Below, one piece after another: positions 45,538 through 56,246 of a stretch of DNA of 64,000 bases (position 1 is its first letter; the number at the start of each line of letters is the position of its first letter). The notes beneath the pieces are model-generated. The model worked only from the letters and a program-made list of their open reading frames with translations. It searched no databases and was not told the origin of the DNA. This DNA comes from Pelagomonas calceolata (Eukaryota). Location: contig CAKKNE010000004.1 in the NCBI GenBank assembly GCA_918797485.1, positions 4,960,001-5,024,000 on the forward strand. The letters run 5' to 3'. Made by a program: the position numbers and the translations under genes.

Positions 45538-46908
45538 ATGCACCCCTTAAGTGTAAAGCACGCGAGCAGCCGCGACTGGCTGTATCCCGCTCTAATATTG
45601 ATCAACACGCTGAACGGTCCCGGCTTCGTCGTGCTCGCGGAGGCCGGCCGGCAGGCCGGGGCGCTCGGCGCGGTGCTCCTCGTCGCGGCGTTCGCGCTGC
45701 TCGCGACCTTCTCCGCTCGCCGCGCCTGCGCCGTCGCCCGCGAGGCCGAGGCGCACAAGATCGAGGGCGGCGGCGCCGACCTGGCGGGGCCGTGCCGCAC
45801 GCTCTGGGGCGGGCGCGGGGCCCGGGTCGCGGCGGCCGCCTGCGCCACGGCCCTCCTGGCCTGCGCCGTGGCGCAGATCGTCCTGTGCGTCCAGCTCGCC
45901 GACGCGCTGGAGGAGGCGCTGGTCGGGCGGCGCTGCGGCGTCGTGGTGCGGCTGCCGTCCCTCGAGCTGACCGGCAAGGCGGCGCTCTTCTACGCGGGCT
46001 GCCGGCCGGCGGCCGAGCCGCTCCCGGCGCCGGCCCTGGAGGCGTCCGTCGGCGTGCTGCTGACGCTCGCCCTCGCGCGGCTGGCCCGCCGGGCCGAGGG
46101 GCCGCGGACGCAGGGCGTGGGCTTCGCGTGCTTCTGCCTCGGCGCCTGGCGCTGGGGCGCGTACCTCCGGCGCGAGACGGTCGCGGACCGGGCCGTGGCC
46201 TGGCTGGGCCCGAGCCCGCTCGCGGCGGCCCCGGCCGTGTGCTTCAACTTCGCGTGCGTGCTCGCGGTGCCGCCGCTGGCCCTGCGGGGCCGGGCCGAGG
46301 CCGCCGCGCGGGGCGCGGGCGCCGCGTGCCTGTTCATGGCCCTGGCCTACGCGGCCGTGGCCGTCCTCGGCGCGGGCGGCGCGCCGACGGCGCCGTCGGC
46401 CGACGCGCTGCTGGCGACCGGGCGCGCGTCCGACCTGGCCGCCGTGTTCTTCCTCTTCGTGTCGCAGCTGGCGGCGATCCCCACCTACCTCGCGGGCGCC
46501 GACGGCCTGATCAAGGCGCACCTCGTCGCGGCGGACGCGCGCCGCGCCGACGCGCTGGCGGCGGCGGCGGCGTGGGGCCTCGCCATCGCCGCGCACGAGT
46601 CCGAGCTGTTCGTCTCGATCGTCGACTGGACGTCCCTCCTCCTGCTGGGCTTCACGAACTTCTCGCTGCCGCTCGTGCTGGACGTGGCCTGGGGCCACCC
46701 CGGGCTGGCGGGCGAGGCGTGCCCCGTCGCGCTGCGGCGGCTGTCGCGCGCGCTGGCGTCGCTCACGGTCGCGGGCTTCGCGGCCCTCGTGTGCCGCGAG
46801 GCCGGCGCGCCGTGGTTCGTCGTCGCGGCCGTCGCCGGCGCGGCCGCGGGGAGCCCCCTGCCGGCGGGGCGGATGCCGCGGTCGGACTCCAGGGACTCCG
46901 TCGTGTAG
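45538..46908 (+). CDS. Multi-TM amino acid transporter-like protein (Aa_trans/AAAP)
   Basis: LINTLNGPGFVVL...AG N-terminal motif; about 10 hydrophobic segments; start uncertain. Confidence 0.6.
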   Translation: MHPLSVKHASSRDWLYPALILINTLNGPGFVVLAEAGRQAGALGAVLLVAAFALLATFSARRACAVAREAEAHKIEGGGADLAGPCRTLWGGRGARVAAAACATALLACAVAQIVLCVQLADALEEALVGRRCGVVVRLPSLELTGKAALFYAGCRPAAEPLPAPALEASVGVLLTLALARLARRAEGPRTQGVGFACFCLGAWRWGAYLRRETVADRAVAWLGPSPLAAAPAVCFNFACVLAVPPLALRGRAEAAARGAGAACLFMALAYAAVAVLGAGGAPTAPSADALLATGRASDLAAVFFLFVSQLAAIPTYLAGADGLIKAHLVAADARRADALAAAAAWGLAIAAHESELFVSIVDWTSLLLLGFTNFSLPLVLDVAWGHPGLAGEACPVALRRLSRALASLTVAGFAALVCREAGAPWFVVAAVAGAAAGSPLPAGRMPRSDSRDSVV

Positions 46909-46973
46909 TTTAATTCTTGTGTATGTATGTATTTTTATTCCGCCCGCGCGCGCGGCCTCTACCACCCGCGGCC

Positions 46974-47822
46974 TCAGTAGCGGCTCTTGCGCGTCGTCGC
47001 CCGCGAGATGACCGAGTCGGCGACGGAAAGCTCGGACATGCGCGAGAGCTTGTCCGGCGACCCCGCGTCCGCCCGTTGGTTGTAGCCGTACGAGGCGCCG
47101 CTCCGCCGGACGACGCGGCCCCGGCCGCCGGACCGCCCGTAGCCCGAGGACTTCTTCTTCGCCGGCGACGCCGGCGGGCGGGGCAGCGCGCCGGGGTCGC
47201 CCTCGACGTAGTGGGGGTAGGCGTTGTGGAAGCCGACGATGCCCCGCGTCAGCACGTAGACGTTGTCGAAGCCGCGGTGCACGAGCTGGTGCGCCGCGGC
47301 CGCCGCCATGCGCTCGTCGTCGTCGTACAGGACGATGAGCCGGCCCTCCCGGTTGCGGAACCGGTACAGGTCGGGCTGCGCGCGGTCCTGCATCAGCAGC
47401 CGCTGCGGCATGCTGCGCGCCTGCAGCACGTGGCACCGCGCGAAGGCCGCGGGGTCCCGCACGTCGAGCACGAGGTAGGGCCGCTCGTACTCTTCGTTAT
47501 CGTCCGCGGCGTAGGACGCGATGACCGGCCCGCAGCCGCCGTCCAGCCCCAGGCCCAGCGTGTCGAGCCGCTCGTCGTCGACCTTCTCGTACTCCTCGAA
47601 GAGCTCCGCGAGGTCGTCGCGCGAGATGCGCCGGAACGTCTCGTCGCGCCGCCGCAGGACCTGACTGTTCGTCAGGTAGCGCACGGACCGCGCCGTCGCG
47701 CCCGTGTCCAGCTTCGAGCCGACGTGCTGGAAGCGCCGGCGCTCCGGCACGCGCACCTCGAAGCCCTTCTTGATGGGGTCGCTGCGGACGGACGAGGTCG
47801 AGGTGCGCATCATCTTCGACAT
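46974..47822 (-). CDS. CEP41: CEP41-like rhodanese-domain centrosomal/ciliary protein
   Basis: RFQHVGSKLDTG; PYLVLDVRD...CHVLQA; RFRNREGRLIVLYDDDER...LVHRGFDNVYVLTRG. Confidence 0.75.
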   Translation of the reverse strand: MSKMMRTSTSSVRSDPIKKGFEVRVPERRRFQHVGSKLDTGATARSVRYLTNSQVLRRRDETFRRISRDDLAELFEEYEKVDDERLDTLGLGLDGGCGPVIASYAADDNEEYERPYLVLDVRDPAAFARCHVLQARSMPQRLLMQDRAQPDLYRFRNREGRLIVLYDDDERMAAAAAHQLVHRGFDNVYVLTRGIVGFHNAYPHYVEGDPGALPRPPASPAKKKSSGYGRSGGRGRVVRRSGASYGYNQRADAGSPDKLSRMSELSVADSVISRATTRKSRY

Positions 47823-48677
47823 CGGCCTGGGCTGGCGCTCCTTGGCACGATGCGAGAGGGCACGTATGATTATCGAATACGTGCGAACGAGGCTGCCCAA
47901 TTTAAGCCCCGGCCCCGGCCGGTGCCGGGCCGACCCGATATGACTTTTGAGGACCTGTCGCCGTATGCCGTCCAATAACCTTCTCTAAGGAGAGACAAAG
48001 GTCGGTTTTTTGCTTTGGTCCCGACCAGTGTGCATCCAGGGTCCGCCAGATGTCATAGTCCAGATGTCCGCCCTCCCAAAATAATCGCAGCGGCAAACGA
48101 GCGGCCCGCAGCAGCCATCCCTCCAGAGACATCTTGAATGATGGATGGGGCTGGCGGACGCGTGCAGTAGAGTTTTGTCCGGTTTACCCAGCTCTCGTCG
48201 AGCGTGAGCGAGCTGTAAAGCGAGGTCAGCTAAGAGGCGCGACGCGGCGTCTGGACTCAAAGGAATTGGTGGCGTAACGTTTGAACTGTCGGCTGCACGA
48301 CTGAGAGCCCTTCACTGCAAACGCGGCCGTCAGCGAGCGGGCACCTAAAAGTGAGCAGCGTTTTGCAATAGCCCTTGCTGGCTGACCGCTGCGCCGCCGC
48401 GGCGTGCCACCGCTTACTACGCCACCGCCGCGGCCGCTGGTCGCTCCCGTTCGGTCTGCTGGCGCTCCTCCGCCCCGGTCGCTCTCGGGAGCGCCGGACC
48501 GCGAGACGGAGCGCGCGCAGTCGGCGACGTGCGCCGCCGAGGCGTGCCACCGCTGTGTGACGTGGACGGGGAGAGAAAATTAGGAATCACTTCGGCAAGA
48601 CGCGACCGGCCATCACCCCGTCCCCGACGCAGGCGAGCGACGCGCCCGCACCCCCCCCTCCCCCGCGCGCCGCCACC

Positions 48678-49100
48678 ATGGGCGGGAACAACAAGCCGCC
48701 CGGGCTGGGCAACAAGCTGCGCATGACGCTCGGCCTGCCCATGTCGGCGGTGATGAACTGCGCGGACAACAGCGGCGCGAAGAACCTGTACGTGATCGCG
48801 GTGATCAACATCAAGGGGCGGCTGAACAAGCTGCCGTCGGCGGCGCCGGGCGACCTCGTCATGTGCTCGTGCAAGAAGGGCAAGCCCGAGCTGCGGAAGA
48901 AGGTCATGCCCGCCGTCGTCATCCGCCAGCGCAAGCCCTGGCGCAGAAAGGAGGGCGTCATCATCTACTTCGAGGACAACGCCGGCGTCGTCGTCAACAA
49001 CAAGGGCGAGATGAAGGGCTCGGCCATCAACGGCCCCGTCGCGAAGGAGTGCGCGGACCTGTGGCCGCGCATCGCCTCGAACGCGGGGTCGATCCTCTGA
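48678..49100 (+). CDS. RPL23: 60S ribosomal protein L23 (uL14)
   Basis: [49 protein letters not shown]. Confidence 0.98.
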   Translation: MGGNNKPPGLGNKLRMTLGLPMSAVMNCADNSGAKNLYVIAVINIKGRLNKLPSAAPGDLVMCSCKKGKPELRKKVMPAVVIRQRKPWRRKEGVIIYFEDNAGVVVNNKGEMKGSAINGPVAKECADLWPRIASNAGSIL

Positions 49101-49151
49101 GTAAGATAGTTCTAGTTTCGCGTGGCGCGGCGGCGGCGAGACAAGCGTATA

Positions 49152-49285
49152 GTTACGGTGCTAGGACTAGTGGGCGGAGCCCCGGGCGGGGGGGGGGAGA
49201 CACCGCGCGTCGCCGACTCATCGGCATAACAGCGCACCTCCTTCTAAGCAGAACCGCCTCGGCAACACCCCCCCGAACAATGTGC
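49152..49285 (-). mobile_element. Truncated copy of the retroelement-like repeat
   Basis: Near-identical to the reverse complement of ~44500-44649, with a small internal deletion. Confidence 0.75.
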
Positions 49286-49298
49286 GGCGAGACCTGCC

Positions 49299-49320
49299 GC
49301 TAGCAGCTGTAAGACACTAG
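49299..49320 (+). promoter_or_regulatory. Recurrent intergenic motif
   Basis: gctagcagctgtaagacactag, upstream of ATG 49482. Confidence 0.55.
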
Positions 49321-49481
49321 TAGTGGTCTGCTAGTAAGTCAGAGCCGGCGTCGAGCTCGTGCGGCTAGCGTCGAGTAAGCTTGCGCCATAGATGAGTGCA
49401 CGGGCATAACATATAGCTATAGTTGGCTGCCCCCTGCATTATCAACATTTGCTGCCAATAGACTGTGCAGTAGTAACAACC

Positions 49482-51081
49482 ATGCTGCTGGCACTCCTGC
49501 TCCTTCTCGCCGCGACAACAGCAGCCCTAGAGCAAGACGGCAAGGACTACGACCTCTACACGACCGCCTCCGCCCTGCGCAACCTCGCCGGCGGCTTCGC
49601 GAGCGAGGTGGAGGTGACCGCGGACGGGCGCGTCAAGAAATTGATCTTTGACGGCACGGCGGACCTGTTGGCTGAGGCGCGGGCGCTGGTCAACGCGCTG
49701 GGCGTCACCCAGGGCGAGGGGTGCGAGGACCGAGATTGTGCCGCAAAAGAGCTGGTGAACATGATGCGCGGGACCGTCGACGCGAGGCGGCGGACGGCCG
49801 GCGAGGCGCTCGACCTCGCGCAGCTGCGCATCGCGACCACGACGCGCGGACATTTCCACGTGGTGCACACGCGGGACTCGTTCGTGGGCGCGTCGCTGGA
49901 GGCCGCGGGCACCTTCGAGGAACCCGCGCTGCGCCTGATGCTCGCGGTCGTCCGGCCCGGCGACGTCGTCGTGGACGCGGGGGCGAATCTGGGCGCGCAC
50001 CTGGTGCCGCTCGCGGTGGCGGTCGCAGACGGTCGACACGCGCCGGTCAGCGACGCGGGCCGGCTGGTCGCCTTCGAGCCGCAGGCGATTCCGCACGCGC
50101 AGCTCCACGCGAGTCTACTCATGCTGGGCTCGGCGCGCATCCCGAGCGCCGTCGTCGCGTACCGCGCCGCCGCCGGCGCGAAAGACGGGGGAGTCGCGTC
50201 AATCCCGACGCTGGACGATCGCGGCGCGCCGCAGAACTTTGCCCAACTCTCGCTGGTCGAGGGGGCGTTCCACGGGCGGCCCGACGCGGACGAGTACGAG
50301 AACTATACCGTCGCCCGTCGGCGCGGAGACCAAAAGCTGTCGTGGCGGCACCCGACGCAGCGGTCGATGTCCACGCAGGTTCCCGTCCGGTCGATAGATT
50401 CCGTGCTGAAGGAAATGTCCCTCGCTTGCCCATCGTTGATAAAGGTGGACGTCGAGGGCCAAGAGGACGACGCGCTGCGGGGCGCCGCGAAGACCATCAA
50501 AAAATGCCGGCCTGTCTTGTACGTCGAGAACTGTGTGGAAATCAACCAGTGCGTCGGGTGCACCCGACAATTCTTCACTAAGTCATTTCTCGGCGATGAC
50601 GTGGCCGCGCTGGCTCCGTCGAGCGGCGAGGAACCGGCATCGCCACGCCATCGAGCAGGCGTCGCGTCGATGGCGTGGAGGACGACGCGGCGAAGGAGGA
50701 CGAACGCGCCGTAAAATTTTGATTTCCACACAGGTCGAGAACAACCACTACCCCGCGGCCGGCATCGCGACGAGGCATTGCCGGGGTGCTGGCTACGTCG
50801 CCTTCCACCACGCGTTCTCCTACGCCGCGCTCTTCCCCAGACCTCGCTCAAGAGAGGAGGCGGCGTACCACGCGGACGTCGCGGACCGGTCGGACTCGCG
50901 GAACCTGCTGTGCGTCGCGTCGGCCGAGCGCCTCGCCGGGCTGCCGGAGACCATTTTCCTTGAGGTCGTGCCCGGCTGGGAATCCGCCGCGGCAGCGCTC
51001 CCGCCGGACCTGCTCGCGAGGCTGACGCGGCCCGTCGACGAGGCGGTGTTGTACCCGAACCGGGGGGCGCCGTGGGAGTAG
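49482..51081 (+). CDS. FkbM-family methyltransferase with signal peptide; intron 50523-50733
   Basis: VVDAGANLGAH, VAFEPQ, LIKVDVEGQE, RPVLYVEN. Confidence 0.85.
50531..50733. mobile_element. Full-length (203 bp) introner element, GT-AG
   Basis: Perfect TIRs; perfect TSD gtcgagaa. Confidence 0.97.
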
Positions 51082-51195
51082 TTGTCGTATAAAGTGTGTT
51101 TGTCCTTTGATTTAGTCTCCGACCTTTAATATAGAATCGTTACTAGTAGGGGAGTCCGAAATGCCCACAACCATGGTGCGACGCGTTCGACGATA

Positions 51196-51264
51196 AAAAG
51201 GTATAAACTCCTTCAGGGTCACCTGCCCTGAGGGCAGCTAACCCAGGAGGAGTTCATGCCTTTT
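51196..51264. other. Long intergenic stem-loop
   Basis: aaaaggtataaactcct...aggagttcatgcctttt outer stem enclosing gggt/accc and a ctgccc/gggcag hairpin. Confidence 0.6.
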
Positions 51265-51604
51265 CCCCTGCCGGGGGCTGCTCCGCAAGGGTGCCAAATC
51301 CGGCGTGGGGGGTGATGGTTCGGGTTTAAGACTTTTTTATTTGGTTGGGGCTCGGAGGGAGTGTCTGCGCGTGCCGCGCAACCAAAGAGGCGCGGCGTGT
51401 ATCGAGACCCGGAGACTGAGTGGCGCAGACGTATTTATCGAGACGGCGAGACAGCTAAAAAACGGGTGTCACAAGCAATATTGTCGGACCATAAAATACA
51501 GCGCTGCGGACACGCACACGCGCGCGCTAGTGGTAATCCGTTGGAGAGGAGTAGAAAAAGTACTTAAGCGGTCGAACGCTATCTAGAGTGCGGACTGCAG
51601 TCAT

Positions 51605-53086
51605 ATGGCCCAGGAAGGGATGGCCCAGGGCACGCGAAAAAAAGTGACGCATAGCACGATCCTCGCCTTGCCGAATACGGCGTGGGGGGTCGTCGTTGGT
51701 CTCGGCGGCAACGCCATTTTGTGGAAAGGTATCGCGACGCACGGTTTCACGCGCCACGTTCTCGGGCGAGGCGTTCAATGGCTATTTTTTAGCGTGGGCG
51801 GCGTTCTGTGCTATGCATAAATCAAATTCTTGCGGCGCGTTTCCTGCTGAATCATGGCCTCCACGCCAGGCGTGGCGGTGTGGGTCCTACACCACTCGAT
51901 TCAGTCATCAAGGTCGCGTTGTCGCCGAGAAAGGACTTCGTGAAGAATTTTTCCGGCACCCGACTCACTGTTTGATTGCGCACAGGTTCTGTGGATTACC
52001 CTCGCACTCCTCACCCTGGCGAAATTCGTTACCAACTTTGTGTTCGTCGTCCGCGAGTGGCGGGATCCAGTCCGCGTTTATTTCTTCAATATGATGAACG
52101 TGTCGCTGTTCATGTACGCAATAGCCGTGCCGGCGGCGCTCGAAGACGACTGGCGCGCCGCGCGGACAGCCGCCTTTTGTATAGCTAGCGTCATGCAGAT
52201 CGGCTTCAACCTCGAGGTGTATCGCCGGTGGCTGTTCTGCAAGGGCGCGTCGTTGGCCAGCGCCGAGCCGCAGTACATGTTGTCGACGGTTGGTTGGGCC
52301 CTCGGTTGTTTGCTAGCGCAGGACTTGGACCTCGACCGGAGATGGCGCATCGGCGTAGCCGAGCTCATGATTGGGTGCGCCGTTTGTTTTGTGTGGAAAT
52401 CAACCAGTGAGCCTCCACGCCACCGAGCCGACGCGGTCACGGGGACAAAGTCGCGTCGATGGCGTGGCCTCCACGCCATCGAGCAGACGCAGCTACGGAG
52501 ACAGCGTCGCGTCGATGGCGTGGGGCGCCCGAAATTTGAGATCCCACAGGTCGTGTTTTATTCGTTTGCTGCCATATCGGTGATCCAGGGCCTGGCCGAA
52601 AAACCCCATCTCAAAGGCGAGCCGGTGTTATTCCTACTCATCGCGCCGCCGTCCGTAGCGGCCACGTGCTTCGCCAATTTTCATGGCGGGCGGTTCAGAG
52701 GGGTCCCCGTGAGCGTGCTCGGATACGCGCTGGTGATGCTCTCGGTGTTGCTCCTCAGCGGTCCGAAGCTCGCTGGCGAGCCAAAACTCCTGGGAAGCTA
52801 CTGGGCTTATGTGTTCCCCGTCGCCGCGCTCGGATCTGCTTGTATTAACTACGCCGCCTACGAGAACTCGCCCGAGGCGAAGGCCGTGGCGTGGGTCGTG
52901 TTCATTATAGCCGAGACCTTGCTTATTCTCGTCTTCGTACGCACTATGTACCACTGGGCGCAGGTCGCGCGGGGCCGGGCGCTTTGGCGCGACCCGCTCG
53001 CGCCGGCATCCGCCTGGGTCGACGAAAAAACGGGGGGGCGCGTCGGCCATTGCGAAGGGGACGACGCAGCAATTACTCCAGCATAG
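51605..53086 (+). CDS. SLAC1/TehA (TDT family) anion channel; introns 51803-51985 and 52382-52549
   Basis: PNTAWGVVVGLGGNAILW, EWRDPVRVYFF, LFLLIAPPSVA, SYWAYVFP; spliced length 376 aa. Confidence 0.85.
51811..51985. mobile_element. Diverged introner element (GT-AG)
   Basis: TIRs ctatgcataaatcaa / ttgattgcgcacag; perfect TSD gttctgtg; interior resembles the 203-bp family. Confidence 0.85.
52390..52549. mobile_element. Introner element (intron 52382-52549, GT-AG, 168 nt)
   Basis: tgtgtggaaatcaa left end; interior gtcgcgtcgatggcgtgg core; right end similar to the 13366 copy. Confidence 0.8.
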
Positions 53087-53117
53087 TGGCAGTAATGACT
53101 CCAGCATAGGGCCGGGA

Positions 53118-53564
53118 CTACCCCTTACCATCGTCGCCGCCGAAGGGCAGCCAGAGCCGCGCCGAGCCGCTCACGCAGAGCGCGCCCGTCGCCGCGAGCC
53201 GCAGCGTCGTCGCGCACGTCGCGAAGGCCCCCGCGCGCGCCTCGCGCACGGCGCCGATTGCGATCTCGGACAGGACCTCCGCGCCGACGGGCACGGCCTT
53301 GTCGAATCGGAGGGACTGCGTCCGGTAGACCGCGCCCGGGTGGTGGCGCGCGAAGACGGCCGGGAACGTCGCCGCGAGCAGCAGCCCGGGCACGATGGGC
53401 GCCTCGAAGGGCGGGACCGGCCGCGCGTGGATCGCGTTGGCGTCGCCGGTCAGCCGCGCCCAGGCGTCGAGGTCTTCTCGCGTGAAGACGCGCGTGGCCT
53501 TCATGACGTCGCCCGGCGAGCAGGCCTTCGTCGCCAGCAGGCGCCGTGGGACGCACCGGAGCAT
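53118..53564 (-). CDS. Mitochondrial 3-hydroxyacyl-ACP dehydratase-like protein (MaoC/HTD2)
   Basis: Presequence-like MLRCVPRRLLAT; hydratase-2 motif WARLTGDANAIH; PIVPGLL, PGAVYRTQSLRFDKAVPVG. Confidence 0.8.
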   Translation of the reverse strand: MLRCVPRRLLATKACSPGDVMKATRVFTREDLDAWARLTGDANAIHARPVPPFEAPIVPGLLLAATFPAVFARHHPGAVYRTQSLRFDKAVPVGAEVLSEIAIGAVREARAGAFATCATTLRLAATGALCVSGSARLWLPFGGDDGKG

Positions 53565-53938
53565 CACGCGCGCAGCTCCTTGGCGACGGCGCACACCTTG
53601 GCCACCTGCGCGTCGTCGAGGCGCGGCTCGCGCGTGTCGTTGTCGACGACGCCCCCGACGACGGCGGCGTTCGTCGGCGCCACGTTCAGCACCGCGAGGC
53701 GCTCGTTCCGCGTGAGGCCGAGGTCGGCGCCCGCCAGCGCGGCCGCGGCCGTCGCCGCGGCGTCGTAGCGGCTGCCCGGCAGCGCCTCGAGCGCTTTGAG
53801 CGCCCGGTCGGCGGTGGCGTCGGCCTCCTGGAGCTTCCGCGGCCGCGCGCCCTCCCCCTGCAACCGAGCGGCCCGGTCCTGGAGGATCTGGGTGGCGTCG
53901 ACGTTGGTCGCGGCTTGGTTCGTCGCTACGATCTTCAT
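53564..53938 (-). CDS. RNA polymerase III subunit C17 / Rpb4-family protein (CRCP-like)
   Basis: MKIVATNQAATNVDATQIL N-terminus; HRDC-like LTRNERLAVLNVAPTN...VVDN..EPRLDDAQV; 124 aa. Confidence 0.7.
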   Translation of the reverse strand: MKIVATNQAATNVDATQILQDRAARLQGEGARPRKLQEADATADRALKALEALPGSRYDAAATAAAALAGADLGLTRNERLAVLNVAPTNAAVVGGVVDNDTREPRLDDAQVAKVCAVAKELRA

Positions 53939-54083
53939 GCAACAAACGCTGGGCACCCGAGCGCAGCGCGGCACCTGCTTGCCAATTTGCGACAAGCAGC
54001 GCTAATGCAAGCGCCGGTAGAAGCAGCGCACACACCGATCGGTAGCTGCGGTCGTTCATGCGCTCGCGCCAGGCTCGGGATCC

Positions 54084-54106
54084 CTAGTGTCTTACAGGCC
54101 GCTAGC
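54084..54106 (-). promoter_or_regulatory. Recurrent intergenic motif
   Basis: Reverse complement gctagcggcctgtaagacactag, 146 bp upstream of the minus-strand ATG 53938. Confidence 0.55.
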
Positions 54107-54397
54107 CGGCGGCACTGAACAGGCGTGTCGAACGAGAGCGACGGGGTGCGCGAAGCTTAAGGACCAGTCGACGAAACCCGCGCAGAGTAGCCATGATTGC
54201 GCATTGCAGCACTCTGCCGCCGCGCGTCCCGCTTGGTCCGGACGTAAACGCACTTGAAGACGCGTGACGAGAGATCGCGAGCTGCATTGTTACGTTGTTG
54301 GCGGAAACCAAAGACCAGGAGGCACGGGTGGGAGACAGCCTGCCTCCCTCGCCGACACCTGGCGTCTGTTCAAGGGCGCGGCGAGGCACGCGGAAGC

Positions 54398-56050
54398 ATG
54401 GCCCGGCGCTCGAGCCTCGCGGCGGCCTTAGTGCTCGCCGTCGTAGCACTCCTCGCGCCCGCGGAGGCCAAGGGCAGCAAGGGCGTCCGCCGCAACTCGG
54501 CGCTGCACGGCAAGCCGCGCAAGAAGGGACGACGGCCGCCCCCGCGGAAGAAGAAGCGCCGCGAGTACGACTACGACGATGACGACGACGACGACGACGA
54601 CTTCGGCGGCGGCTCGCGGCAGATGACGTACTACAAGCCGCGGCGCAAGCCGACGGGCCCGTCGGTGCTCCAGCGCGCGCAGGCCATGGCCAAGGAGGCA
54701 AGCGCGCGGGGCCTGGAGATGTCCAAGGTCGCCGCCTCGCGCGCCAAGGACCTCGCGGCCGAGGCCGCCGTCAAGGGCCAGGAGGCCTCGCGGCTCGCCA
54801 AGGCCTACTACAGCTCCGAGTACGAGAAGTTCCTCCTGACGGCGACGTGGCCGTCGGACCAGCGCGTCTCGCCGCAGCTCGCGAAGCGGCTCGTCGAGAG
54901 CGTCGCGCGCTTCCCCGCGCGGCCGCACGCGCTGCCCGACGACGACCCGTACCGCGTGACGCTGCGCAAGCTCTGGAAGAAGATGATCGAGCGCGACTGG
55001 CGGACCACGCAAAAAGCTTTGTACTTGCTCCACGCCCTGTCGCGGTCGACGCCCACCAAGAACGCGCGCGCGCTCTCGCGCACGCTCAAGTCCATGGTCG
55101 GCGACGCCGACCCGAAGACGGGCCGCAAGTACTTCTCGCGGCGGGAGCTCGTGGCGCTGCGGGGCGACGACGGCGCCGAGCGCGGCGCCGTCGTCGACGC
55201 GTACGCCGGGTTCGTGCTGCGGCGCGCGCTGCTCTTCGCGGGCAAGTTCGAGGACGTCGCCGCGCCGAAGAAGAAGAAGAAGCCGGCCGCCGTCGAGGAG
55301 TGCCCCGCCGACGTCATTAACGAGGCGACGCTGAAGCGGGCGCAGAACGCGCTGCTCGTGACGGAGCACGCGCTGACGTTCCTGCGCGCGGCGCTCGACG
55401 ACCCGGACCCGCGGCGCGCGCACCTCGTCGTGGTGTCGTGCGTCGAGCTGGTGGTGGCCGACCTCGTGGACGGCTGGGCCGCGGCGCGCGACGCCTGCGG
55501 CGCGCTCGCGGCGGCGCTCGCGGCGGGCGCGGCCGGCGACGACGCCGCCGCCGCCGCCGCCGCGCTCGCCAAGTACGCGGCCCTCAAGCCGCGCGCCAAG
55601 AAGGCGGCCAAGGCGTCGCTGAAGACGCTGCGCTTCTTCGACCTGCGCGTGGCCGCGACCATCGGGGACACGGACGTCGACGCGGCCATCGACGCCGCGC
55701 TCGCGGCGCGCGGCGGCGCCGCGGCCGCCGCGGCCGACGCGGCGGCCGCGGCGTCGGCTGACGACGGCGAGGCCGAGGCCGAGGACGACGAGGACGACGA
55801 GGCGGACGACGAGGACGACGACGACGACGAGGAGGAGGACGACGACGACGAGGCGCGGACGCGGCGTCGAGTCGCCTTCTAACCACGCCATCGATGCGTG
55901 GCCTAGACGCGGACAGAACCACGACACGCGACCCCTGCGCAGGACGATGAGGATGACGAGGACGACGACGAGGACGACGACGAGGACGACGAGGACGACG
56001 AGGACGACGAGGACGAGGACGACGAGGACGACGAGGACGACGAGGACTAG
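54398..56050 (+). CDS. Signal peptide + ANTH/ENTH-like domain protein with an acidic tail; intron 55853-55942
   Basis: LLTATWPSD...LWKKMIERDWRTTQKALYLLHAL; a GC-AG intron joins two D/E tracts, ending at TAG 56048. Confidence 0.65.
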
Positions 56051-56246
56051 CCTCTCCGTCGTCACACGCGCATTCCCCGTCGCGTCGAGTGCTGTAAGTA
56101 TCCACACACTCGCTTACGTTTTTCCATGGCTGCCGCCGCCGGCCCGTCGGAAATCTCTCTTGCGTCAGCCGACGATGAGGTCGCCGTCGCCTACCGACGC
56201 CTACGACGCCTGGGTCTTGCGAGCAGGTTTCAAGAAACAATCCGCA

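Noticed and set aside
51238..51245. CTAACCC as a telomerase RNA template
   Set aside because: Only 7 nt, partly base-paired in the hairpin, and no other telomerase RNA features recognised
53118..54059. Single 313-aa ORF as the true dehydratase gene
   Set aside because: Its N-terminal half is the off-frame shadow of the RPC17-like ORF, and the ATG at 53564 gives a proper presequence; kept only as an alternative to test
55760..56050. (GAC/GAG)n microsatellite as a non-coding repeat
   Set aside because: Explained as the Asp/Glu tail of the ANTH-like protein across a GC-AG intron
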